Shown here piece by piece: positions 23,101 through 33,461 of a DNA stretch of 64,000 bases (positions are counted from its first letter, which is position 1; each line of letters begins with the position of its first letter). The stretch lies in the NCBI GenBank assembly GCA_035221665.1, contig CM069140.1, forward strand, positions 16,244,001 to 16,308,000, in the 5' to 3' direction. Source of the DNA: Okamejei kenojei. Taxonomy: Eukaryota. The position numbers and the translations under genes are program-made. The notes below the pieces were generated by a model. It saw only the letters and a program-made list of their open reading frames with translations. It did not search any database and was not told the DNA's origin.

Positions 23101-26100
23101 TAGGTTTAATGTGTAGGGGAAAAGACTTAATAGGAATCTGAGGGGTAACTTTTTTACACCTAGGGTGGTGGGTGTATGGAACCAGCTGCTGGAGGAGGTA
23201 GTTGAGGCTGGGACTATCCCAACATTTAAGAAACAGTTAGACAAGAACATGGATAGGACAGGTTTGGAGGCACATGGACCAAACACGGGCAGGCGGAACT
23301 AGTGTAGCTGGGACATGATGGCTGGTGTGGGCAAGTTGCGCTGAAGGGCCTGTTTCCACACTGTATCACTTTAAGACTATATCTATGTTTCTTTGCACAG
23401 ATTTGGCTTGACTTTTTGCAATTCATTAATTTCTCACGCCTCTGGTCTCAGGTTGCCCCAGGGACACCACTCTCTCCATCACCCCCTCTGCTGTGAAGGA
23501 AGGAGACAGGGTCACGTTCAGCTGCACAACCCAGTCCAACCCCCCTGCCCAGCTTGTACTGAGGAGGCAGTCATCGAGCGGATGGAGCGAGCTAGACTCT
23601 GAGAATGGGACATTGACAATCCGTGCTGTCCAGCCAGCTGATGCAGGGCTGTATCAATGTGAGGCCATTAATGATCTGGGGAAGCAAATCAACAGCAACA
23701 AACTCCAGGTTCAAGGTTTGTATGTAAATCAATGAGAAATTTATTGGAACTGAATGTGAAAAGTATTTTCACTTGAATTATTACGAGAGGGGGAAAGAAT
23801 GATTTGGATTTATGGGGGAGCATTCATACCATCCAGGACTACGCAAACACTTTATCACCAATAAAGTGCCTTTGAATTGTGCAGCAACGAAATGTGGTGC
23901 AGCACATTCTCACAAGGAGCAATGTGAGGAAAACCAATTAGTTGTGATGATGGAGAAAAATAAATTGTATGTGCTGATTTACAACAACAAAAAGACACAA
24001 TGTTCTGGAGTAACTCAGTGTGTCAGGTAACATCCCTGGAGAACATAGATGGGTAACATTTCAAGTTGGGATCCTTCTTCAGACTGATGTTGGTTTAGTG
24101 ATAAATATTGACCAGGATGCTAGAATAAACTGGGCAGAACTCTGCCACTTTAAATTTAAAATTGTGTGACAGAATATTTTATGTCAACTGGAGGGGGTTA
24201 TGTGAAAGTGTAACTAACTGCTGCCGTCCTTTGGCACAGGATTGGAGAGACTTTCTATCTTTTTGTGCCAAATTCCTTGAATAGAAACTTGAGCTCACAA
24301 GTCATGGTGATTATTATAAATTGCAATAATCTATGATTGTAAAAATCATTAATAGACATCATGAGATGAATAGATCGGGTAGATGCACATAGTCTCTTGC
24401 CCAGAGTAGGTGAATCAAGGACCAGAGAACATAGGTTTAATGTGTAGGGGAAAAGACGTAATAGGAATCTGAGGGGTAACTTTTTTACACCTAGGGTGGT
24501 GGGTGTATGGAACCAGCTGCTGGAGGAGGTAGTTGAGGCTGGGACTATCCCAACATTTAAGAAACAGTTAGACAAGAACATGGATAGGACAGGTTTGGAG
24601 GCACATGGACCAAACACGGGCAGGCGGGACTAGTGTAGCTGGGACATGATGGCTGGTGTGGGCAAGTTGCGCTGAAGGGCCTGTCTCCACACTGTATCAC
24701 TTTAAGACTATGTCTATGTTTCTTTGCACAGATTTGGCTTGACATTTTGCAATTCATTAATTTCTCACGCCTCTGGTCTCAGGTCGCCCCAGGGACACCA
24801 CTCTCTCCATCACCCCCTCTGCTGTGAAGGAAGGAGACAGGGTCACGTTCAGCTGCACAACCCAGTCCAACCCCCCTGCCCAGCTTGTACTGAGGAGGCA
24901 GTCATCGAGCGAATGGAGCGAGCTAGACTCTGAGAATGGGACATTGACAATCCATGCTGTCCAGCCAGCTGATGCAGGGCTGTATCAATGTTTGGCCATT
25001 AATGATCTGGGGGAGCAAATCAACAGCAACAAACTCCAGGTTCAAGGTTTGTATGTAAATCAATGAGAAATTCATTGGAACTGAATGTGAAAAGTATTTT
25101 CACTTGAATATTACGAGAGGGGGAAAGAATGATTTGGATTTATGGGGGAGCATTCATACCATCCAGGACTACGCAAACACTTTATCACCAATAAAGTGCC
25201 TTTGACTTGTGCAGCAACGAAATGTGGTGCAGCACATTCTCACAAGGAGCAATGTGAGGAAAACCAATTAGTTGTGATGATGGAGAAAAATAAATTGTAT
25301 ATGCTGATTTACAACATCAAAAAGACACAATGTTCTGGAGTAACTCAGTGTGTCAGGTAACATCCCTGGAGAGCATAGATGGGTAACGTTTCAAGTTGGG
25401 ATCCTTCTTCAGACTGATGTTGGTTTAGTGATAAATGTTGACCAGGATGCTAGAATAAACTGGGCAGAACTCTGCCACTTTAAATTTAAAATTGTATGAC
25501 ATAATATTTTATGTCAACTAGAGGGGGTTTTAATTTAACAGCTTATGTGAAAGTGTAACTAACTGCTGCCATCCTTTGGCACAGGACTGGAGAGACTTTC
25601 TAGCTTTTTGTGCCTAATGCCTTGAGCAGAAACCTGAGCTCACAAGTCATGGTGATCATTATAAATTGCAATAATCTATGATTGTAACAATCATTAATAG
25701 ACATCATGAGATGTGCAGATCGGGTAGATGCACAGCGTCATTAGACATGTATTTCCCCCTCATCACCAAACCTGAATGTTTGGGCACATCCTTCCAAACT
25801 GGTCGATGAAGGAGAAAAGGTCACCATTGGTTGCACCATTCATAACATCCACTTAGCCAATTTCACCTGGAAGAAACTAGTGAACAACTGTGAAAATGTG
25901 CTGTCCTTCAGTAACAACAACTTTACAATCCTTGAAAAATACACCAAGTGATGCTGGGCTTTGTAAGGTCAAAGCGATTAATAAACATGGGAAACAGACA
26001 GAATTTGTGGAAATACAAGTTATCGGTAAGTTTAAGTATAGATTGAGAATTGTTGTGTGGAGAAAGTATTTTACTGATATTGTTCTTTAAAAATATTCTT

Positions 26101-26263
26101 CTGTCTCTTTGCAGAAAAAATACCTGATATAGCAACACCTGCTGAGATAGTGTGCACAGGAGCCGCAATTGCATCAGCAGGACTGATATTTTCTGCTCTG
26201 TATTATGCCTTTCGCAGAAGCAACTTGACAAAATCTTACAAAATAGCGGGAGAGATACTGTGA
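8129..26263 (+). CDS. VCAM1: VCAM1-like Ig-superfamily adhesion protein, 13 coding exons, ~1055 aa: signal peptide, 11 Ig domains, TM, short tail
   Basis: Exons 8129-8189, 8381-8656, 11031-11333, 11452-11718, eight 264-bp exons and 26115-26263 all have GT-AG boundaries in phase 1. They join into a 3168-nt open frame. D1, D2 and the tail resemble mammalian VCAM1. Confidence 0.88.
8381..8656 (+). CDS. VCAM1: Exon 2, Ig domain D1 (integrin-binding)
   Basis: FNLELNP..ARIGDSLELNCLATSCSSPTFMWTIGTDNPLGG..QNEHKYTCSAKC has the four-Cys D1 pattern and the CD-loop Asp (human QIDSPL). Splice sites tgcag| and |gtgagt. Confidence 0.92.
8885..10536. mobile_element. Non-autonomous TIR DNA transposon (PIF/Harbinger-like) in intron 2, with nested repeats
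   Basis: Terminal inverted repeats ccctgtctcaccgtgcgagt and actcgcaccgtgagacaggg, with TWA-like flanks. Confidence 0.6.
11031..11333 (+). CDS. VCAM1: Exon 3, Ig domain D2
   Basis: SLEVGQRGSVRCTVPKVYP..EWLKG..DSGQELTCRVQL resembles VCAM1 D2. Splice sites ttgcag| and |gtaagt. Confidence 0.92.
11452..11718 (+). CDS. VCAM1: Exon 4, Ig domain D3 (D3/D6-like)
   Basis: YAPTGINITAEP..VREGQDVWLTC..IVWSK..DTGMYRCEASNKLG..KEVEFHVQ. Splice sites ctacag| and |gtgcgt. Confidence 0.92.
11750..12235 (+). mobile_element. CR1 3' fragment in intron 4
   Basis: Encodes remnants LERVQRRFTRM and FFTQRVVGVWNKL. Confidence 0.85.
12314..12577 (+). CDS. VCAM1: Repeat Ig exon R1 (VCAM1 D7-like)
   Basis: GCPRNTTLSITPSAVKEGDRVTFSC..LVLRR..DAGLYQCEAINDLG..LQVQ. 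Splice sites tctcag| and |gtttgt, 88 codons. Confidence 0.88.
12832..13669 (-). mobile_element. Non-autonomous Helitron in the intron after R1
   Basis: Minus-strand 3' end has hairpin TGGGACCC-AAC-GGGTCCCA then CTTAGT-CTAG. It is inserted at an A|T site with no TSD (empty site ttgta|t in other units) and has an internal ~33-bp minisatellite. Confidence 0.8.
14498..14761 (+). CDS. VCAM1: Repeat Ig exon R2
   Basis: Intact 264-bp copy with splice sites conserved. Confidence 0.88.
15016..15875 (-). mobile_element. Non-autonomous Helitron, duplicated copy in the intron after R2
   Basis: Same site and nearly the same sequence as 12832-13669. Confidence 0.8.
16704..16967 (+). CDS. VCAM1: Repeat Ig exon R3
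   Basis: Intact 264-bp copy. Confidence 0.88.
17481..17839 (+). mobile_element. CR1 3' insertion shared by units 3-6 (also 19158-19516, 20836-21189, 22524-22882)
   Basis: MMKGIDRVDVDKLFP..VWNELP with a (ttatatgg)n tail, flanked by a GTAA duplication. Absent from units 1, 2, 7 and 8. Confidence 0.85.
18409..18672 (+). CDS. VCAM1: Repeat Ig exon R4
   Basis: Intact 264-bp copy. Confidence 0.88.
20086..20349 (+). CDS. VCAM1: Repeat Ig exon R5
   Basis: Intact 264-bp copy. Confidence 0.88.
21758..22021 (+). CDS. VCAM1: Repeat Ig exon R6
   Basis: Intact 264-bp copy (CVAIN variant). Confidence 0.88.
23452..23715 (+). CDS. VCAM1: Repeat Ig exon R7
   Basis: Intact 264-bp copy. Confidence 0.88.
24783..25046 (+). 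CDS. VCAM1: Repeat Ig exon R8
   Basis: Intact 264-bp copy (GRPR, SSEW, CLAIN variants). Confidence 0.88.
25752..26025 (+). pseudogene. Degenerate membrane-proximal Ig exon (pseudoexon)
   Basis: SPNLNVWAHPSKLVDEGEKVTIGC..FTWKK, then a +1 frameshift at gaaaaat (~25935) into TPSDAGLCKVKAINKHG..EIQVI|gtaag. No in-phase AG acceptor is visible. Confidence 0.7.
26115..26263 (+). CDS. VCAM1: Final exon: transmembrane and cytoplasmic tail
   Basis: (E)KIPDIATPAEIVCTGAAIASAGLIFSALYYAFRRSNLTKSYKIAGEIL*; compare human IYFARKANMKGSYSL. Strong acceptor tctttgcag. Confidence 0.9.
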
Positions 26264-26789
26264 AGTGAAAACAAAGGACCAAAGGAATGGACATTCACAC
26301 TTCTAGCACCGATCAATCTCTGGGACTGTGCTGCTATGGGCAGGGAGTTGGGAAATGACTGAGCTGGATTATAACAAGATTCAAAATATTACCAACAGCT
26401 GGTATCTAAAGCGCGGTCAGTAAACCTGAACTTGGGGCACTTTATTGTATATAATACTCAGAATTTGCTGGCGTTCTTGCGAGGAATAGTACTGTGCTAA
26501 GGAAATAGTGCACAAACAATTCACTTGAAAAAGTTCTCTGGCCTAAACAAATACATTTTCGATATCTCTATCCCATGTTCCAGGCATAATTCGAACTATT
26601 AGCACTCTTCAGTGAAACAGATCTAGATTTTTCAGATGCAAAATGGTGCTGGACTTGATCCCATCCTTCCCTTGTGGGTAAAGGGAGGCCATTGTGAGCC
26701 CAGAGCAAGGCACTTTACACTTGCTGTTCTACTGTTTATGGATCAAAAATTATTTGACCTCCTACGGCGATGATTATTTGACCTCCTAC

Positions 26790-27270
26790 GGTTCACCAGA
26801 CTGATTCCTGGGATGTCAGGACTTTCAGATGAAGAAAGACTGGATAGACTCAGCTTGTACTCGCTAGAATTTAGAAGATTGAGGGGGGGATCTTATAGAA
26901 ACTTACAAAATTCTTAAGGGGTTGGACAGGCTAGATGCAGGAAGATTGTTCCCGATGTTGGGGAAGTCCAGAACAAGGGGTCACAGTTTAAGGATAAAGG
27001 GGAAGTCTTTTAGGACCGAGATGAGAAAAACATTTTTCACATAGGGAGTGGTGAATCTGTGGAATTCTCTGCCACAGCAGTTATTTGAGGCCAGTTCATT
27101 GGCTATATGTAAGAGGGAGTTAGATGTGGCCCTTGTGGCTAAAGGGATCAGGGGGTATGGAGAGAAGGCAGGTACAGGATACTGAGTTGGATGATCAGCC
27201 ATGATCATATTGAATGGCTGTGCAGGCTCAAAGGGCCTACTCCTGCACATATTTTCTATGTTTCTATGAT
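26790..27270 (+). mobile_element. CR1/HER1 3' fragment in the putative 3'UTR
   Basis: Nearly identical to 36647-37130; ends in tttctatgtttctatg. Confidence 0.85.
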
Positions 27271-27956
27271 GCTGTTGATTTTTTTTTAATGCTGCTGCAT
27301 TCTTCCCAGAACGTTTGAACCACTTTTGCAATGAATTCCTAACACATTGAACTGGGACACCTTCCATTGTGGTTGAATCTCGGAACTGTGTGCTGGTTTA
27401 GGTACTGAACTCTCAGCTGGGGACCATTGGTCGGTGACTCCGTTTTCTGAAGCTGGAACTGGAAATCCAAACCAAATGAATTGTACTTTTTGAACTAAAC
27501 TATTGTTAAACTCAAGTTGCATTACTGTCCACACATGTAATTTCAATCATTTTTTCATCTAATATGTCAAATCCTGCAATAATTTAGATGAAACAAATTA
27601 ATTAAAATAGTATTTATTTTTGACTTAATATACCTCCCAAATTAAGTAATTAAAAATATTAGCAAATATTTTTCACAATTAGAATATAATATTGTCAACT
27701 TTACTGTTGTCAAGAATAATACTATTGTCAAGTCATTTGAGAATAATACATTTCTAAGGTGAAAACCAGGTATTTCAGTGACACTTGCAATCATTTTAAA
27801 CAAAGTCCAGTTCCAGTACATTTTGCAATGCTGTCAGTCCAGGAAAGATTGCATGTCTAGTATTAATGATTTGGCTGTTTCTAAAAGCGAGTGAATATAC
27901 GAGAGCTTGTGTGGATACTTGTACTACTGATTCTACTGACTAATGTTGCGGGTTTT

Positions 27957-27962
27957 AATAAA
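27957..27962 (+). terminator. Candidate polyadenylation signal AATAAA (alternative at 28184-28189)
   Basis: Canonical hexamer downstream of the stop codon, in AT-rich sequence. Confidence 0.4.
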
Positions 27963-30519
27963 CTATATAATTATCTGAGCACTTTCTCATGATAGTCTGT
28001 GAATCCTGATGGCCTGAGAGTTAAATATAATCACAGCAGCGTTACTCTATGGGTTCAGTCAAAGCACTTACTGTAAATGCGACAAGTTCATTTGTTTAGA
28101 GTTTAGCTTTGTAATTCTTCTACGTTAATGAAATTTAATATATGGAGAGCAACTTTGATTTAACACTTTTGAGCTGCAGCAAAAATAAACTATACGAGCT
28201 GCACAACCTCTTGGGAAGAGGTTATCTGGTCTCCCAAAGAAATTGTGATATGGAATATCAATTAGCCCGAAATGACTCTCTTTAAAATTCTTATCATTTA
28301 AAATGAGTTACTAACACATATAGGTCAAAGGCCTTGGATCTGGGATATCACCCATGATTTAAAATGGGTGATATCCATTTTAAAATGGATATCACCCATT
28401 TTATGGGAGAAGGAAACAGAAAATAAAGTAATGGTTTGATAATGCAATTTTAAAGATTATGACGTAAAACAGAGTGGAAACATTTGAGGAATAGAGTAGT
28501 TTTGAGGTCTTTGTTTATTTAGACTAGTTGGATAGTCTTTATTTCCATACTGAAGATTATTCCCAGGATCACCAGCCAGGAATAGGGGGTCAGACAAGTA
28601 CATGTGAGATAAGGAGGGATTTTAGCTCAACATTTGAGGTCAACATCAAATCTTATTGATGGTGGAGCCAAGGCACACAGGGCCTACTCCTCCTTACATT
28701 CTTAGATGAAACAAAGAGGGTGGGACAGGGTAGAATGTTAATGAGACGATGACTACAAAACATTAATGCATGGTGTGACCATCTCCTAGTCAGGGAAAGC
28801 TCAAAGTTATGCAGAGGCAGTAATTGTCTTCAGTAAATTGTCCCTAGCGTACAGTATAGAACTGGTGTATGGACGATCATTGGTTGGCACTGACTCGGTG
28901 GGCCGAAGGGCCTGTTTCCGTGCTGTACCTCTCTAAACTAAAAAAACTAAGTAAGAAATAGTGGGTCCAATCTCGTGGTAACTTAGGCCTCTATAGGAGG
29001 CAGAAGAGCTGGCTATTAGGATAGTAATAACAAATCTCTAAACTAAGTCTAGTATCCTGTAGTGAGATTTCAGCATGGTAACCAATTAAATAAGATCAAA
29101 TAGAACAAGTTATCCTACAACTTTAGGCTGTGCAGACCATATGCAAGAAAAAGAGGCATGGTAATAATCACAGTGACGATTTGTGACATATTGATAAGAA
29201 TAGAATGGTGTGTTGGAGAGATTAATGTAAGTGTACCTATAGGTCAGAGTGCATTTAAAGGAACCGGCATCATCCCTGGGTAGTTTGTTATGGCAGGTTG
29301 ATCAGTTGTGCCTTGGACAGTGTGACTATGTTTGCGGCACTTATAAATGAGAGTGGGTCTCTGCGTTAGAGTGATGTGGTTACTGAGGACTCTGGATAGT
29401 GGGACAGGGATTGCTAGGGATGTCAGAGGAGGGTGTAGACGTGTTCAGTAGACCTTCATGGACAGTGCACCTATTAATGTAGCAGCTCTTGTACTATCAA
29501 ACTGATTTCTGCTGATAAAGAGTCACATTGAGTCCAGCATTGTAAAATGTAATTGGCCTTGGTTCAGCACAAACAAATACGCAGGAGAGACCTGGTGAAA
29601 GTGTTCCTGGACTCGGCCCGACCCTATTGAAGTCCAGGTTGTTTCCTATGGCATGATAAAGTCAGCCCACATTCAGATCAGTGTTGCAGAGTAGTGTTGT
29701 TATATATTTTATGTTCAGAAGAATGAAAAGTTAGCATAGAAACTAACTGTTAGTGCCTTAAAGACCAGAGTTCTAAAACACCAGGGTGCCATTTACTGTA
29801 AAACTGGAAGCAGATACAAAGGGGAATTCTGCAACCTATGGGTAATTTACAAGATTTCTACTAATCCCAGAAGATTAATTTATGTTCCTCTAATTGGAGA
29901 AAAGGCTGTTTTTTGTTTTATTCTACAGCCAGAACCAGTTGGAACAGATCGTACAGCTAATCCACTCACAGAATATCACTCATTTAAGAGTAATCCTGGC
30001 TGCAGTTTAGTTTTTAGAATTACAACATGGAAACAAGCCCTTCTGCCCATCGAGTCCATGCCGCCCAACGATCACCCGTTCACATTAATTCTATGTTATC
30101 CCACTTTCTCATCCACTCCCTACGCACTAGGTGTGTAGGAAGGAACTGCAGATGCTGGTTTATACGGAAGAAACCACCAAATGTTGGAGTAACTCAGCGG
30201 GTCAGGCAGCATCTCTGGATCAATGGGACCAGCGAGTGTGTAGCGTCAGAGGTGATGTGCTCTATCTACCATTTATGTTGGGCTCCTAGAAGCTCCCAAC
30301 ACATGGACTCAAGGATTATATGGTCATCTGGAATCCCCTCCACCTTGAGTACTAATGGACCAGGTATTCCCAGGAATCAATGAAAATGCGGCATCCTTTC
30401 AAGCAAGTTTGAAAACTATCCCTGAACCTTGTGTAACTCAGAATCTCTTACTATGACCAAGCTTAGAATTGATATTTTGTTTTGAGAGTGTATTGTCAGG
30501 CTTCTGTAGAATGTGGTCA

Positions 30520-31030
30520 TTAGGCTGAATTAGGCCATTCAGCCCATTGAGTCTCCTCTGCCATTTAATCATGGCTGATTTTCCTCTCAACCCCATTCTC
30601 CTGTCTTCTCTCCATAATATTTTACGCCTTTCCTAATCAAGAACCTATCAATCTCTGCCTTAAAAATACCCAATGACTTGGCCTCCACAGCCATCTGTGG
30701 CAATTAATTCCACAGATTCACCACCCTTTGGCTAAAGAAATTCCTCCTCAACTCCATTTTGAAGGTACATCCTTTTATTCTGAGGCTGTTCCCCAACTGC
30801 TTCTCGATTCCCCCATTACTGGAAACATCCTCTCCACATCCACTCTATCTAGGCCTTTCACTATCCAGTGGGTTTCCATGAGATCCCCCCTCATCCATCT
30901 AAACTTCAGCATGTATAGGCCCAGAGTCTTCAAACGCTCCTTCTCTGTTAACCCGAATATCCATGGGATTGTTCTCCTCCGGACCCTCTCCAAAGTCACC
31001 ACATCCTTCCTCAGATATGAAGCTCAAAAC
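30520..31030 (-). mobile_element. CR1 3' fragment
   Basis: LERVRRR..KGLDRVDVERMFP on the minus strand. Confidence 0.8.
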
Positions 31031-31988
31031 TGTTCATTGGAAGATTTTGTGGAGCCATTTTTAGTGGTCCCTCACCAGTGCTTTGAGATGGCGGCTGTGG
31101 CTAGTTCACGTCTCCAAAGCAGATGGGAGGGCATGGAATCAGAAGTGCAAAGAATAAGCTTCCTGCTGGAGTGTTACTAATCCACAGGGCTGATGAAAAA
31201 CTATCAACCTTCACAACTTCCACTCAAGAACCAATGTCACCCCAATATTTGTAGGTGAGCTGCAGTATGTGTCTGCATATTCATAGGTCAGGCTCTTCAT
31301 TAGACAGTGGGCCGAGGGGCCTGATTCCACTCTCTATTTTTAAATCTAAACTCACTCATCGCTGGCACCTGAGGGAGAGCATCAAGAGCTGCGGTGGAGA
31401 TGCCAGCCTAGCAAGAATGTGGCTGGGAATGATGTTCGACACAGTAATCTATCTGCTTTTTGTCAGTGATGATGGTGAGGTCTGCAGATTTCAGAGAAGC
31501 ACTTTTGGACATGGTTGGACCTATTGCTCTGTTTATGCCATCGTACACGGCACAAAGGTTTCTATAGTTGCGTGCAGCTTGGATTTCTTCACCAAGTCAC
31601 TCCAGTACCTGTGTGGCTGCTTTTGCAAGCTCTCGGCCTCTTCACGTGCTGCGGGTTCGGTTGTACAACATGTGCAAGGTGCGCAGAACATTCAGCTTCA
31701 ATGATGGGTGACATTTCATCTCAGTATGCCTCGAACCAGTCGGTGTCCTTACGTTTTTCTTTTCCGAAAAAGCGTTTGCAAAACGTGATTTAGAGTGCTG
31801 ATTCTTTGCAACCAAATGACAAAATAACAATTATGGCAACAGGGAGTTGAATGCTAAGTGGAACATATCAACAGTAACAGCAAAGTAGACATCCTGTTCT
31901 TTCGGAAATGGTTTTGTTCTGTGAAGCAGCAGAATGCAGAGTTACTGTCAAACTTTTCACAGTGAACAATCATCTGTATCTCAGGAAA

Positions 31989-32252
31989 GGGCCTGTCCCA
32001 CTGGGCCTGTCCCACTTAGGTGATTTTTTTAGGCGACTGCCAGTGACTAGGACAATGGAATTCACCAAAGTCAGCACTGGCGACAACCTACGTCACCTGG
32101 CGACAACCTACGTTAACCTGGTGACAACCTACGACAGCACCTACGACAGCACCTACGACAGCCCTAATTGTTACCACTCAAGTCGAACAATTTTCAACAT
32201 GTTAAAAAATTTTCGGCAGTCGCCTAAAAATCACCTAAATGGGACAGGCCCT
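31989..32252. mobile_element. MITE with GGGCCTGTCCCACT TIRs (Harbinger-like)
   Basis: gggcctgtcccacttaggtgattttt...aaaaatcacctaaatgggacaggccc. Related ends occur at ~716, 56376-56824 and 57454. Confidence 0.65.
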
Positions 32253-32512
32253 AGGTGATTTTTTAGGTGACTGCAGGCCACTAGGCTGGCGCCACATGGT
32301 CGCTGGGATGTTGCCTGTATGTTCGTGAGTAGTCTCCTCAGTCGCCCAAAGAGTTGTAGAGTTTTTCTGGTCACTGCTGGATTTTGAAATGTTCAAAAAA
32401 TTTTCAGCGACAGTCGGCGACAATGGGCTTGATGCCAATGAGTGCAGCTTGACTTCTCCTGACGTAGGTGCTGTCATAGGTTGTCACCAGGATGACTTAG
32501 GTTGTCGCCAGG

Positions 32513-32680
32513 ATGGGGGGGGGGCGGCAGCTCGCGGGGTGGGGGGGGGTGGCAGCTCGCGGGGGGGGGGGCCTGCAGCTCGCGGGGTAAGGGGGGGCGG
32601 CAGCTCGCGGGGAGGGAGGGCGGCAGCTTGCGAGGGGGGGGAGGACGGCAGCTTGCGGGGGGGAGGGCGGCAGCGGGCGT
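32513..32680. repeat. G-rich minisatellite (ggcggcagctcgcgggg)n
   Basis: Direct repeats visible in the sequence. Confidence 0.7.
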
Positions 32681-33461
32681 CGACCAAAGCTCTCGTGTAC
32701 AGGGCCCGAGCTGAGTCGCGAGCGGGCGAACGTCTTCAGTCAACAGGGCGACTTTTGAACAACGGGGGGAGGAGGGAGGGATGAGAGGTGACGTCAGTCG
32801 CAGCGTGAGCAGATGGCAGGAAGACCCATTGTTAAGTCATCAGTGAAAAAAAATAAAAACAAATGGCCGTTTTGAATTGAAAATTGGATCGGATTTGTGA
32901 ACATTTTTATTAATTACTCAAGCAATAAAGCACAACATTTTCAGCTAAGCCGATTTTTGACCCCAGGGGGTAAATCTCTACCGGAATATGTAAAAAAGGT
33001 TGTGCTTTCTAGAGGCAGTTGAGGAGCCAGTAAAAACAAGAATTTGGATTAATCCATGTTTGGTTAGCTTACACCAAATCAGACTAATGTCCATTAAAAT
33101 AATTGCAAATTTGTCCAAAAGCCAATTAAAATAATGATTTTTTGCACATTCATATCCTGAGCAGTATATTAAACAGGACATGGCCACTTTCCATTTTGGA
33201 CGAGTTTATGGCTGTGTTTATAAATGAGAAAGTCAAAACAGCAAAATCTTTACTATCACAATACATTGCTAACTTTCCTAAATTCTGAAGAAAATGAATC
33301 AACTTGACCTAAGAACTGTATTTCTCTCTCTATCAATGCTTATTTTGAACCAGGGACAGAGACTAACTATGTAATGAACACAGGATGTAGCAGAATTAGG
33401 TAAAGTAAAATAAAGTAAAGGAAAGTAAACTTTTATTTTGAAGGGGATGTAATATAAATAT

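Larger units (their letters stand above)
11911..25735 (+). repeat. Tandem array of 8 exon-containing units (periods 2184, 2206, 1705, 1677, 1672, 1694, 1331 bp)
   Basis: Each unit contains a CR1 3' piece, a 264-bp Ig exon and unique intron. The units are near-identical apart from insertions and deletions. Confidence 0.95.

Noticed and set aside
13970-24617. Repeated 120-143-aa minus-strand ORFs (MFGPCPSKP...)
   Set aside because: They are antisense readings of the CR1 fragment in each unit.
12314-25046. Dscam-like or antigen-receptor-like diversity cassette
   Set aside because: The domains are almost identical and membrane-proximal, and I saw no RSS heptamer/nonamer or docking-site pattern. 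Length variation is more plausible than binding diversity.
12355-25066. Eight separate 80-87-aa genes, as listed in the ORF track
   Set aside because: The starts are internal GTG codons. The segments are bounded by splice sites and belong to one spliced gene.
27540-27720. AU-rich elements in the 3'UTR
   Set aside because: Only scattered ATTTA motifs in generally AT-rich DNA, and the UTR extent is unverified.
31255-31830. ORFs of 62-149 aa
   Set aside because: No recognisable domain or splice structure; probably a decayed repeat.
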